From Thermoproteota archaeon (GTDB lineage: Archaea; Korarchaeota; Korarchaeia; Korarchaeales; JAOZGB01), in NCBI GenBank assembly GCA_037917685.1, contig JAVCBU010000012.1, positions 320,001 to 384,000 on the forward strand: a stretch of 64,000 nt of DNA, given 5' to 3'. The notes beneath the pieces are model-generated. The model did no database searches. It saw only the letters and a list, made by a program, of their open reading frames with translations, and was not told the origin of the DNA. This document shows, piece after piece, positions 56,008-64,000 of the stretch. The stretch's first letter is position 1. The number at the start of each line of letters is the position of its first letter. The position numbers and the translations under genes are program-made.

Positions 56008-57264
56008 ATGCATGAGTACAGAATCAAAGACATAAGAATGGCTGAGGAGGGTGAAAGACTTATCTATTGGGCTGAAAGACACATGCCTGTTCTAGAAATG
56101 ATAAAAGAAAAGTTCAAAGAAGAGAAGCCTCTCAACGGATTAAAAATAGCTGCTTGTTTGCATGTAACTAAAGAGACAGCTGTATTAATAAAGACACTCT
56201 TAGAAGGAGGTGCAACGGTATCCTTATCTGCGGCAAACCCACTTTCCACCCAAGATCCGGTGGCAGCTGCTCTAGCTTCTATAGGAGTTTATGTGTACGC
56301 ATGGAAAGGAGAGTCCACTGAAGAGTATTATGAAAACATCGATAGAGCTCTCAGCATTGAGCCTGATGTAGTTCTAGACGATGGGGGCGATCTTAACGTT
56401 AGAGTTCATAGTACTATGCCAGAATTGGCTGCTAAGATCATTGGGGGATGCGAGGAGACGACAACAGGAGTAATAAGAGCATTAGCTCTACAGAAAGACG
56501 GACTTTTAAAGTATCCTTTAATAGCTGTCAATGAGGCGACTACGAAATCTAGATTCGACAATGTCTATGGTACAGGACAAAGTACGATTGACGGTATTAT
56601 TAGAGCAACGAATGTATTATTTGCAGGGAAAACAGTTGTGGTTGCAGGATATGGAAGATGTGGATATGGAATTGCATGGAAAGCTAGAGGTCTCGGTGCA
56701 AACGTTGTTGTAACGGAAGTTGATCCTGTTAAAGCTCTAATGGCGGCCATGGATGGATTTAGAGTCCTACCTATGAAAGAAGCGTGTAAGATAGGTGACA
56801 TATTCATAACCGCAACTGGTAATAGAGATGTGATCAGAGGAGAGCATATTGCAATGATGAAAGAGGGAGCAATCCTCGCTAACGCCGGACATTTTAATGT
56901 AGAAATATCGGTTGATGATCTTAACAAGTTAGCAGTTGAGAAACGACGCATAAGACCTTATGTTGATGAGTATTTGCTTGAAAACGGGAGAAAGGTTTAT
57001 TTGCTTACTGAGGGAAGAGTTGTAAATCTAGTGGCTGCCGAAGGGCATCCAAGCGAGGTCATGGATATGAGTTTTTCAAACCAAGCCCTATGTGTAGAGT
57101 ACCTAGTGAAGAATCGTGGTACGTTAAGTGTAGGAGTTCATAAAGTTCCGGTTGAGGTTGATATGATGGTTGCGAAGTTGAAACTTCAAGCTATGAACAT
57201 TGTTATCGATAAACTTTCTGAAGAGCAGAGAGAATACCTTAAAAGCTGGGGCGTCGGAACATAA
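56008..57264 (+). CDS. ahcY: Adenosylhomocysteinase
   Basis: CLHVTKETA, NPLSTQD, EETTTG, FDNVYGTGQS, NAGHFNVEI, GHPSEVMDMSF. Confidence 0.97.
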   Translation: MHEYRIKDIRMAEEGERLIYWAERHMPVLEMIKEKFKEEKPLNGLKIAACLHVTKETAVLIKTLLEGGATVSLSAANPLSTQDPVAAALASIGVYVYAWKGESTEEYYENIDRALSIEPDVVLDDGGDLNVRVHSTMPELAAKIIGGCEETTTGVIRALALQKDGLLKYPLIAVNEATTKSRFDNVYGTGQSTIDGIIRATNVLFAGKTVVVAGYGRCGYGIAWKARGLGANVVVTEVDPVKALMAAMDGFRVLPMKEACKIGDIFITATGNRDVIRGEHIAMMKEGAILANAGHFNVEISVDDLNKLAVEKRRIRPYVDEYLLENGRKVYLLTEGRVVNLVAAEGHPSEVMDMSFSNQALCVEYLVKNRGTLSVGVHKVPVEVDMMVAKLKLQAMNIVIDKLSEEQREYLKSWGVGT

Positions 57265-57279
57265 GTTTTACTTAAAGCA

Positions 57280-58062
57280 TTAATTAAGAAAATTTTCAAT
57301 TGATTTTTCAATTAATTTCCTACCATTTTCTGATCTGAATATTGGGGGCTCCCAATCTACTGTCAGTTTTCTCCGATAAGTTACAGCTTCCCTTTTCTCA
57401 AGAGGGTTGTAACCATGTTTTTCCTCGATGAGATATCTTATCAATATTCCCCTTCTCTGCCAAGTGGGTGTATTTGAAAGATTAATACCTGAAGTCTTGT
57501 ATACCAATTCATGTAGCTGGTCTGTTTTTAAGCCTTTAAGCATTCTTGAAGCTTCTTTAGGAGTATAACCTTTATCTATTAAAGTATAGTAGGCGTAGGA
57601 GTTGTTATGATTCCTCCAGGCTTCAGCCTGCCTAAATGTGAGATACGCTGGCAAAAGTTCCCTATTTAGGATTATCATTCTCGCATCAAATGATACGATC
57701 TTCTTTACCTCAAGTTTCTCCCTAAGTCCAAGAGAAAAGGTTGAGGATAGCACACCTGAAACTACAGAGATTATTTTTTCCACACGGCCGTTGAAAGGTA
57801 GCCTTAGAAGTAAAATGTTCACCTCATCCGAAAATATATATGCTAGGCATGGATTAAAGCCGCTTCTAAAAACTTCGACGGTAGCATTAACCATTAACTC
57901 TGCAAATCTTACATCATATGGTTTTCGAAAGCCACATTCACCTGTTAATCTGTGAAAATTGCGACCATCGCATCTTACTACATAAAATCCGTACCTAGGG
58001 AGTCTCAAACCACTAAAGATTTCATGCTCCTTCCACGGATAACCGACTGGTTCTGGTTCCAT
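57280..58062 (-). CDS. Thg1-like tRNA(His) guanylyltransferase / 3'-5' polymerase
   Basis: VRCDGRNFH, KPYD..F, FSDEVN, GRVEK, FDAR, RQAEAWRN, WQRRG. Confidence 0.93.
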   Translation of the reverse strand: MEPEPVGYPWKEHEIFSGLRLPRYGFYVVRCDGRNFHRLTGECGFRKPYDVRFAELMVNATVEVFRSGFNPCLAYIFSDEVNILLLRLPFNGRVEKIISVVSGVLSSTFSLGLREKLEVKKIVSFDARMIILNRELLPAYLTFRQAEAWRNHNNSYAYYTLIDKGYTPKEASRMLKGLKTDQLHELVYKTSGINLSNTPTWQRRGILIRYLIEEKHGYNPLEKREAVTYRRKLTVDWEPPIFRSENGRKLIEKSIENFLN

Positions 58063-58063
58063 T

Positions 58064-59029
58064 TTAAATATAGTTGTTGATTGACTCTAATATATATCTT
58101 AGCGGGTTTTCCAAAATCCCTTTTAGATGCTGTGGGTCAAACTTGTGCTTTGCGGGTTCTCTAAGTATCTCTTTTATTTTGTCCATTTCTAGCCATATTG
58201 GAAATCCTTTAGAGATCAGATAATTTATTGACTTCTCCTCTAACCCTATATATATTGTGGGGGTTCCGCTTAAAGCTGAAGATCTCGCTATCAGAGGATC
58301 AGCTGTTATAGTCAAATCTGAGTAGGCTAATACTGAATATACATCGTATGTGTATTTCTTTTGAATCCTAACTCTTCTCCAGGCTATTAAACCTTGCTTA
58401 CTTGTCGAATCTATAAATATCTTCTCATATAGGCTGAAGTCTCCCATTATTTTCTTTAGTTTCGGGAATAACGTGGATGGCGAGATTGTTATGGTAATAT
58501 TTTCTGGATTTATCCCTAGCTGAGTTATTATTGTTGGACGCAGTTTCCTTTCCAAAATTAGCTCGGGTATGCCGTCATAGGCAATAATTTTTTCTTCAGC
58601 GATATTGAATTTTTCAATTATAGTTTTAAGATAGGATTTAGGTGATATTATCCTGTCGGAAAGGGGAAGTATCATCTTTAACCTTTTTTCAGGGTATCCT
58701 GGAATGAATATTGTTATTATTGGTATCGCTAAGCCGAAAGCTGTTCTAACGGATGAAGGCGAGCTAAAGGCAATGTGTACCTTAGGTTTCTCTCGGCTAA
58801 TTAGTGGTAGTAACTTTTGAACTATTTTTGCGTGTGCTTCTATACTCTTCCACGGGGGTTCATCTACTTCTGGGGGGACTCTGTAAGTCTTCCATCTGTT
58901 TAAAGCCCATATAACCGATTTTTTATTGTCTGCAGTTATAATTATACTCTCGCCTAGCTCTTTCTGCATGTAAAGTGTCATTAAGGCTTGGTGTATGTCA
59001 GAAACGTGTATCCATACTGGTCCTTTCAA
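58064..59029 (-). CDS. DUF354-like (GT-B fold) protein
   Basis: VWI......, SSPSSVRTAFGL.IP.I, YDGI.E, SAL.GTPTI; divergent. Confidence 0.55.
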   Translation of the reverse strand: MKGPVWIHVSDIHQALMTLYMQKELGESIIITADNKKSVIWALNRWKTYRVPPEVDEPPWKSIEAHAKIVQKLLPLISREKPKVHIAFSSPSSVRTAFGLAIPIITIFIPGYPEKRLKMILPLSDRIISPKSYLKTIIEKFNIAEEKIIAYDGIPELILERKLRPTIITQLGINPENITITISPSTLFPKLKKIMGDFSLYEKIFIDSTSKQGLIAWRRVRIQKKYTYDVYSVLAYSDLTITADPLIARSSALSGTPTIYIGLEEKSINYLISKGFPIWLEMDKIKEILREPAKHKFDPQHLKGILENPLRYILESINNYI

Positions 59030-59031
59030 GT

Positions 59032-59757
59032 TTACCCCACATATTCAGGTGGAGTCCTTGAAGATCTCACCATTGACACAATATCTAGCTCACGGATGTT
59101 TCTGTCCAGTGATGAAAAGTCTACACCTAGATTAAGCCACTTGTCAAGTAGATAGAGGATTTTTCTCGTTGCTCTAAGGTCATATACTTCGTTCTCTGTA
59201 ACTGCTGTAAGTGATACATGGCTTATTCCTCTCAACCTAGCTACCGCGAGTATTACTCCTGCAGCCCCGATTATTGATTCTACTATCCTCTCGTCTGTTG
59301 CACCAAGTTTTAACAAGTGTTCAACATACTTTGTTTCACCTGTCACTAAAACTTTGCCGGCAATATCGGGCTTGTAAAATCCGCTTAGACTAACTATTAA
59401 CCTACAGTTGTATCTTTCGAGAACCTCTACTAATTTATCTAATACTGTAAATTGCGCCCAGGGTGCAGGTTGAACACTGCTTGTAACTATTATGAGATTA
59501 TTCTTTTGTCTTTGAATAAGATACGCCTGTATAGAGGGTAGCTCTAAGAGGCCGTTTCCTCTCACTATCACTCCGAGGGATGATCCTGGCAGATATAGGT
59601 GTTCAGAGTATAAATCAAAGATTTTAACCGGTTTAAATACATCAATAAGGTATGTGGCTACGTTTCTTCCTACAGAACCTATGCCAGGGAATCCTAAGAC
59701 TGCTGTTGATTTGTCTACATCTATTTTTTCATACTGCTTTATATGTATCCAGCCCAA
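59032..59757 (-). CDS. PAC2 family proteasome assembly chaperone
   Basis: GFPGIGSVG..A.YL, YS, QP, I.GAAG, D..A; C-terminal YVG. Confidence 0.85.
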   Translation of the reverse strand: MGWIHIKQYEKIDVDKSTAVLGFPGIGSVGRNVATYLIDVFKPVKIFDLYSEHLYLPGSSLGVIVRGNGLLELPSIQAYLIQRQKNNLIIVTSSVQPAPWAQFTVLDKLVEVLERYNCRLIVSLSGFYKPDIAGKVLVTGETKYVEHLLKLGATDERIVESIIGAAGVILAVARLRGISHVSLTAVTENEVYDLRATRKILYLLDKWLNLGVDFSSLDRNIRELDIVSMVRSSRTPPEYVG

Positions 59758-59789
59758 AGTATCCCCCTAGTAATTGCCTATTGTTAGTA

Positions 59790-61031
59790 TTAAAGTGGAG
59801 CTATTTCGACGAATTTTTTAATTCTTCCTATACCTTCCCGTATCTTATTTGTTTCTAACACTAAAGGAGCGAAGGATAACCTTGTCCATCCCTCAAGCCC
59901 GAAATCTAATCCTGGCGCCAATGCGATCTGCATTCCTTCAAGGAGCCTTCTACAGAATACCCTGGAATCTCGTATAAATTTTTCATGGTTAAAGAATATA
60001 TAGAAACCACCCATAGGTTTAATAGGGGTGAATATGGGGATTTCCTTTCTAAGAAGTTTATACGTCTCTTCTGCAACGTTCCTGTATAGCTCTCTACCCT
60101 TTTCATAGAAACTGCGAATCTCGTTAAGGGATTGTTCATCTAGTAAAAGGGTGGCTAAGACTTCTTGCTGAAGGCTGGCGGGTGTAAGATTCCGGGCTTG
60201 TTCTACGGTTTCTACAGCTCTTACTAACTCTTCGTCGGCTATCATATATCCTACTCTCCATCCTGGGATCCTAAGTTCTTTAGAGAACGTGCAGATATGT
60301 ACTTCGTTTTCAGACGGTGGAGAGTGCAGGTATTCAGGGTCTAACTCGTATGTAAACATTCTGTATGCTTGATCTAGAATCACAAGGATCGATTTCTCAG
60401 ATGCTAATTCAACTATCGCGTTATACATTCGTTGATCAAATATCTGGCCGTCGGGATTGCCTGGTGAGGTTAAAATTAGGGCTTTAGTTTTAGCACTTAT
60501 AAGGTTGTATAGTCGTTCAAGCTGGGGGTTAAATTCATTGTCCTCTATTATACTCCAATATTTCACCTTAACTTTAAGATTTGTTTCTATTTCAATTTGC
60601 CTTTTATAATTCAGATAGCCGGGGGAAGTTATCACTATTTCGTCTCCCTCATCTAGAATAGATTTGAGTAAAGCTGACGTGAGGTCTGTGCTGCCTAACC
60701 CTACGATTATCTGCTCTTTAGATATTTTTCTACCTAAAATCTTGTCTTCATAGTTGACAATCGCATCTATAAATTCGGGGATCCCTCTAGTAGCCCCATA
60801 CCTTACCGAAATAGTGAACTTCTCTTCGTCATCGAGCACCTTAAGCATGGCGTCTTTTAATATCCCAGGGGGGTTGTCTTGAGGCCAACCTCCGCCTAGG
60901 TATATTAGTTCTCTAGGATATTTTTCAGGATGCAATTTGTAGTCTGTGACAACTGTCATTATTTCTCTTATAGAACTTGGGTTATCTACTGCGAATTTAG
61001 CAACAGATGATAATTGAACCATCCGAATCAT
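59790..61031 (-). CDS. PLP-dependent aminotransferase class I/II
   Basis: YG.T.G, SPGNPDG, DQAY, TFSKELRIPGWRVG, P.GGFY, R.SF. Confidence 0.92.
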   Translation of the reverse strand: MIRMVQLSSVAKFAVDNPSSIREIMTVVTDYKLHPEKYPRELIYLGGGWPQDNPPGILKDAMLKVLDDEEKFTISVRYGATRGIPEFIDAIVNYEDKILGRKISKEQIIVGLGSTDLTSALLKSILDEGDEIVITSPGYLNYKRQIEIETNLKVKVKYWSIIEDNEFNPQLERLYNLISAKTKALILTSPGNPDGQIFDQRMYNAIVELASEKSILVILDQAYRMFTYELDPEYLHSPPSENEVHICTFSKELRIPGWRVGYMIADEELVRAVETVEQARNLTPASLQQEVLATLLLDEQSLNEIRSFYEKGRELYRNVAEETYKLLRKEIPIFTPIKPMGGFYIFFNHEKFIRDSRVFCRRLLEGMQIALAPGLDFGLEGWTRLSFAPLVLETNKIREGIGRIKKFVEIAPL

Positions 61032-61808
61032 AGAGGATTAAGAAGGGTAAATGTAAAATATTTTTCCGTAGATGTACTCTTTGTGAAGCTAAAAAGTATA
61101 GTTTCGAAGGTAGCCGTGACGGGCGAAAATGTCCAACTGGGGGTTGCTTCGATTATTTTAGGGAGAAGTAAAATTGGAGGCGGATGTTACATCGGGTCCT
61201 TTAGCATTATAGGATACCCTCTGCGGAAAACTCTTATAGAATCATTTGAAAAAGGTATTGATATCTTTGAAAGATACGTGAACGGCGAAGGTCTAGGCTC
61301 AGTCTTAGGTGAGAGTTGTATTATTCGAAGCCACTCTATAATCTATGAAACCGTTGTTATCGGAGATTACGTTGAGACAGGTCATTCGATTATGATAAGG
61401 GAAGGGGTTAAAGTGGGATCTAACTCCAAAATAGGTTCACATACCATTATTGACGGCAATAGCTCTATAGGTAGAAACGTAAACATCCAATCCGGAAACT
61501 ATATCCCTCCGGGATCTAATATAGAGGATGATGTTTTTATGGGACCCTGTGTCACTGTAACTAACGATAAGTATCCCGTTAGTAAAAGATTAGCAGGTGT
61601 ATCAATAGGTAGGGGTGCAGTCATAGGGGCAGGCTCTGTGTTAATAGCTGGAGTCACAATAGGTAGGGGTGCAGTCATAGGGGCAGGCTCTGTAGTTACA
61701 AGGGATGTCGATGATGAAACCGTTGTTTATGGTTGTCCAGCTAGGTTTAGGTGTACACGGGAGGAGTATGACCTAAAAAGATCGTTGTACGAATCCGGAG
61801 AATCCTAA
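61014..61808 (+). CDS. Hexapeptide-repeat (left-handed beta-helix) acyltransferase
   Basis: Repeated IG..x motifs, IEDDVFMGP..T.TND.YP, IGAGSVVTRDV......G.PAR; true start probably near 61083. Confidence 0.88.
   Translation: MNHPNHRGLRRVNVKYFSVDVLFVKLKSIVSKVAVTGENVQLGVASIILGRSKIGGGCYIGSFSIIGYPLRKTLIESFEKGIDIFERYVNGEGLGSVLGESCIIRSHSIIYETVVIGDYVETGHSIMIREGVKVGSNSKIGSHTIIDGNSSIGRNVNIQSGNYIPPGSNIEDDVFMGPCVTVTNDKYPVSKRLAGVSIGRGAVIGAGSVLIAGVTIGRGAVIGAGSVVTRDVDDETVVYGCPARFRCTREEYDLKRSLYESGES
61603..61693 (+). repeat. Exact 37-bp direct repeat, 54-bp period, inside the acyltransferase
   Basis: CAATAGGTAGGGGTGCAGTCATAGGGGCAGGCTCTGT at 61603-61639 and 61657-61693. Confidence 0.9.
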
Positions 61809-61815
61809 TGAAGGC

Positions 61816-62802
61816 CTATGCTTCGATTATTCCCTTCTCCGTTATCAATACCTCTACTTCGCCTTCAGGTAGATATGGGCTTTTCATAAGCCTTATCACT
61901 CTAACCCCTTTCTTACCCTTTCTTATGTAGAGTCTCATTGTCACACCGTGACCAAGGATATGTCCACCCGCTGGTCTAGTCGGGTCTCCATAGAAAGTTG
62001 ACGGGTCAGCTAACACTTGATTTGTTACAAGTACCGCGGCATTGTAAACAGTTGCAAGCTTTAGGAGCTTATGCATGTAAAGGTTGAGCTTCTGCTGCCT
62101 TACAGCAAGCGTTTCTCTCCCTACATATTCCCCCCTAAAATGGCTTATCAAAGAGTCTATTATTACTAATCCTATGTTTTTAGGTCTCATCAGCGCTTCA
62201 GCCTTTTCTGTTATCAGCATTTGATGGTCTGAAGTGAAAACTCTTGCATACCAGATCTTTTTCAGTGTTTCAATCGGGTCTAGGCCGAACGCCTCAGCTA
62301 TTTGTGCTATTCTCTCAGGCCTAAACGTGTGTTCGGTATCTATATAGAGAACCCCCTTTTCATACCCGCCTTTTTCTATCGGAAGCTGTGTTGTAACAGC
62401 AAGCTGGTGAGCGAGTTGTGTCTTCCCTGAACCATATGGGCCGTATATCTCTGTTATTGTTTGAGTTTCTATCCCTCCTCCAATAAGGGAATCCAAAGAG
62501 CGGACTCCCGTCGTTATCTTAACTATGTTTTTCCTTTTCAGGTAGTAGTCATAGGCTGTTTCTACTCCTATTTTCAATCTTTTCCTCGCGGAAGCTATTA
62601 TCTTTGAAGCTGTTGTCTCGCTTACTCCTATGGATGCCGCTAGTTCAGCGGGAGACGCAACCGCTATAGATTCAAAGGTGGCATAACCCATAGAAGCGAG
62701 TTTTCCAGCTGTTTGAGGGCCCACTCCTTCAAGTTCTGTAAGATCAACCGTCGTAGGCTCAGTATCAGCCTCAAGATCCTCCACAGATTTTTTCCTGGGC
62801 AT
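61816..62802 (-). CDS. radA: DNA repair and recombination protein RadA
   Basis: N-terminal HhH; GGGIETQTITE.YG.YGSGKTQL, YIDTE.TFRPER, IDS..SHFR.EY.GR..LA.RQQKL, TNQV. Confidence 0.97.
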   Translation of the reverse strand: MPRKKSVEDLEADTEPTTVDLTELEGVGPQTAGKLASMGYATFESIAVASPAELAASIGVSETTASKIIASARKRLKIGVETAYDYYLKRKNIVKITTGVRSLDSLIGGGIETQTITEIYGPYGSGKTQLAHQLAVTTQLPIEKGGYEKGVLYIDTEHTFRPERIAQIAEAFGLDPIETLKKIWYARVFTSDHQMLITEKAEALMRPKNIGLVIIDSLISHFRGEYVGRETLAVRQQKLNLYMHKLLKLATVYNAAVLVTNQVLADPSTFYGDPTRPAGGHILGHGVTMRLYIRKGKKGVRVIRLMKSPYLPEGEVEVLITEKGIIEA

Positions 62803-62842
62803 AAACTCACTATAATATTAGGCCAGTATAGAGTTATTTAAT

Positions 62843-64000
62843 TTACCTGTTGTAATACATGCGATACATACGAGGCTTTGAAGACGTTTTAATGCCATAC
62901 TCTTCCGCCCGATCAGCCGCATCTAGGACTAAGGGCATGATGTCTAATCCTCTAATGAATCCTAACCCACCCATGATTGCAGATACCTCATCAAAGCTTT
63001 TAACTTCGTCAACCCTGACTCCCCCGTGGAAGAGTATTGGAACAGGATCTCCAGTATGCATTCCAGTGATGCATGACGTCGAATGGTCGCCGGTTAGCAC
63101 GATTAATACGTCATCAGAACTAATATTATTTATGATTTCTATCCCCCGATCTATTTTTTCAATTAATTCTACTTTTAATAGTGGTTTCATATCGTGAGAG
63201 GCTATGTCTGTGGCCTTGATATGAACAAATACAAAATCGTATTCTCTGACAATCCTCGCAGCATACTTAAATTTAGAGTTGAAGTTACTGTTCACCCTAC
63301 CAGTTGCTCCTGGTACATTCACAATATCCATCCCCAACGCTGCCGCTACACCTTTGTAGAGAGGCCCCCCAGCTATGCAGGCCGCTTTGAAACCCCATCT
63401 CTCATGAAAACTTTCGAGAGAAGGTTTTACTCCTGCGCCACGGATAATAATGATGTTAGCAGGGGGTTTCCCTTTTATAATTCTATTTTTATTTACCTCA
63501 GATTTGTGTAGCACATCTTTGACATGTTTCAGATATTTATTAATGGCCTCTGCTGTTCTAATGGCATTCTCAGGGTTAGAAGCAGCCTCAAGAGGTTTAC
63601 ATTTTAAAGGTGGAACGCCTGTAACGTGAGGGTCAGTGTCGGTGATCTCAGATGATACTTTCGATCCGGAAACTAGAAGAATACCCCTGTGATCTAATGT
63701 ATTTATCAATTTAAATTTGAAACCGTCTATGGTCCCTATTTTCATGTTTACTTCGTCAGCAAGCTGTGAAGCGTACTCACTTTCTATTCTACCAGCTCTT
63801 CTATCAATTATAACATCTCCAGATAATGTTGCGAAGTTGACTCTAAATGCGATTGTCCCCTCTTCGATTTTTATCCCATACCCTAGAGCTTCTAAACTAC
63901 CTCGGCCGGGGTTTTCGATGTTTGGATCATATCCGAAATATGATAAATGAGCGCTGTCACTACCTGGTGGGACCCCAGGTGAGATTGGATGCACTAATCC
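62843..64000 (-). CDS. apgM: 2,3-bisphosphoglycerate-independent phosphoglycerate mutase (archaeal), 5' truncated by the window edge
   Basis: PGSDSAHLS.FGYDP, GRG.LEA.G, DRRAGRI, TDP, H.KATD.ASHD, TGDHST, HTGDPVP. Confidence 0.93.
   Translation of the reverse strand, partial: GLVHPISPGVPPGSDSAHLSYFGYDPNIENPGRGSLEALGYGIKIEEGTIAFRVNFATLSGDVIIDRRAGRIESEYASQLADEVNMKIGTIDGFKFKLINTLDHRGILLVSGSKVSSEITDTDPHVTGVPPLKCKPLEAASNPENAIRTAEAINKYLKHVKDVLHKSEVNKNRIIKGKPPANIIIIRGAGVKPSLESFHERWGFKAACIAGGPLYKGVAAALGMDIVNVPGATGRVNSNFNSKFKYAARIVREYDFVFVHIKATDIASHDMKPLLKVELIEKIDRGIEIINNISSDDVLIVLTGDHSTSCITGMHTGDPVPILFHGGVRVDEVKSFDEVSAIMGGLGFIRGLDIMPLVLDAADRAEEYGIKTSSKPRMYRMYYNR

Noticed and set aside
1-64000. Many short antisense or nested ORFs in the track (e.g. 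41597-42172, 55235-55762, 28377-28832, 51387-51785, 56565-56951, 39678-39902)
   Set aside because: They are shadows of well-supported genes or of the tRNA on the opposite strand and have no recognisable motifs.

Overview
This is a gene-dense chromosomal segment of an archaeon, probably thermophilic and TACK-like. The assignment rests on RadA, an archaeal SAM synthetase, a short XPF/ERCC4 nuclease, XerA, archaeosine TGT, an intron-containing tRNA-Trp and archaeal-type ProRS/ValRS/GluRS; the exact lineage cannot be fixed from sequence alone. Most of the ~63 CDS are housekeeping. I saw no CRISPR array, IS element or provirus. Main observations: (1) an apparent single-chain fusion of the archaeosine radical-SAM enzyme RaSEA with an ArcS-type PCxxKKPY domain, overlapping tgtA; (2) two divergent paralogous surface-protein genes carrying inverted 57/57-bp and 73/74-bp identical tracts, with a palindrome between them; (3) an S-layer-like module shared by four surface proteins; (4) a membrane-anchored, catalytically degenerate HerA/VirB4-like protein next to a PD-(D/E)xK-like gene; (5) a ValRS with HIAA/AMHRH in place of HIGH/KMSKS; (6) a KaiC-RHH-GvpD module next to an unannotated Lrp/AsnC pseudogene. 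All family calls come from motif recognition by eye, not from database searches.
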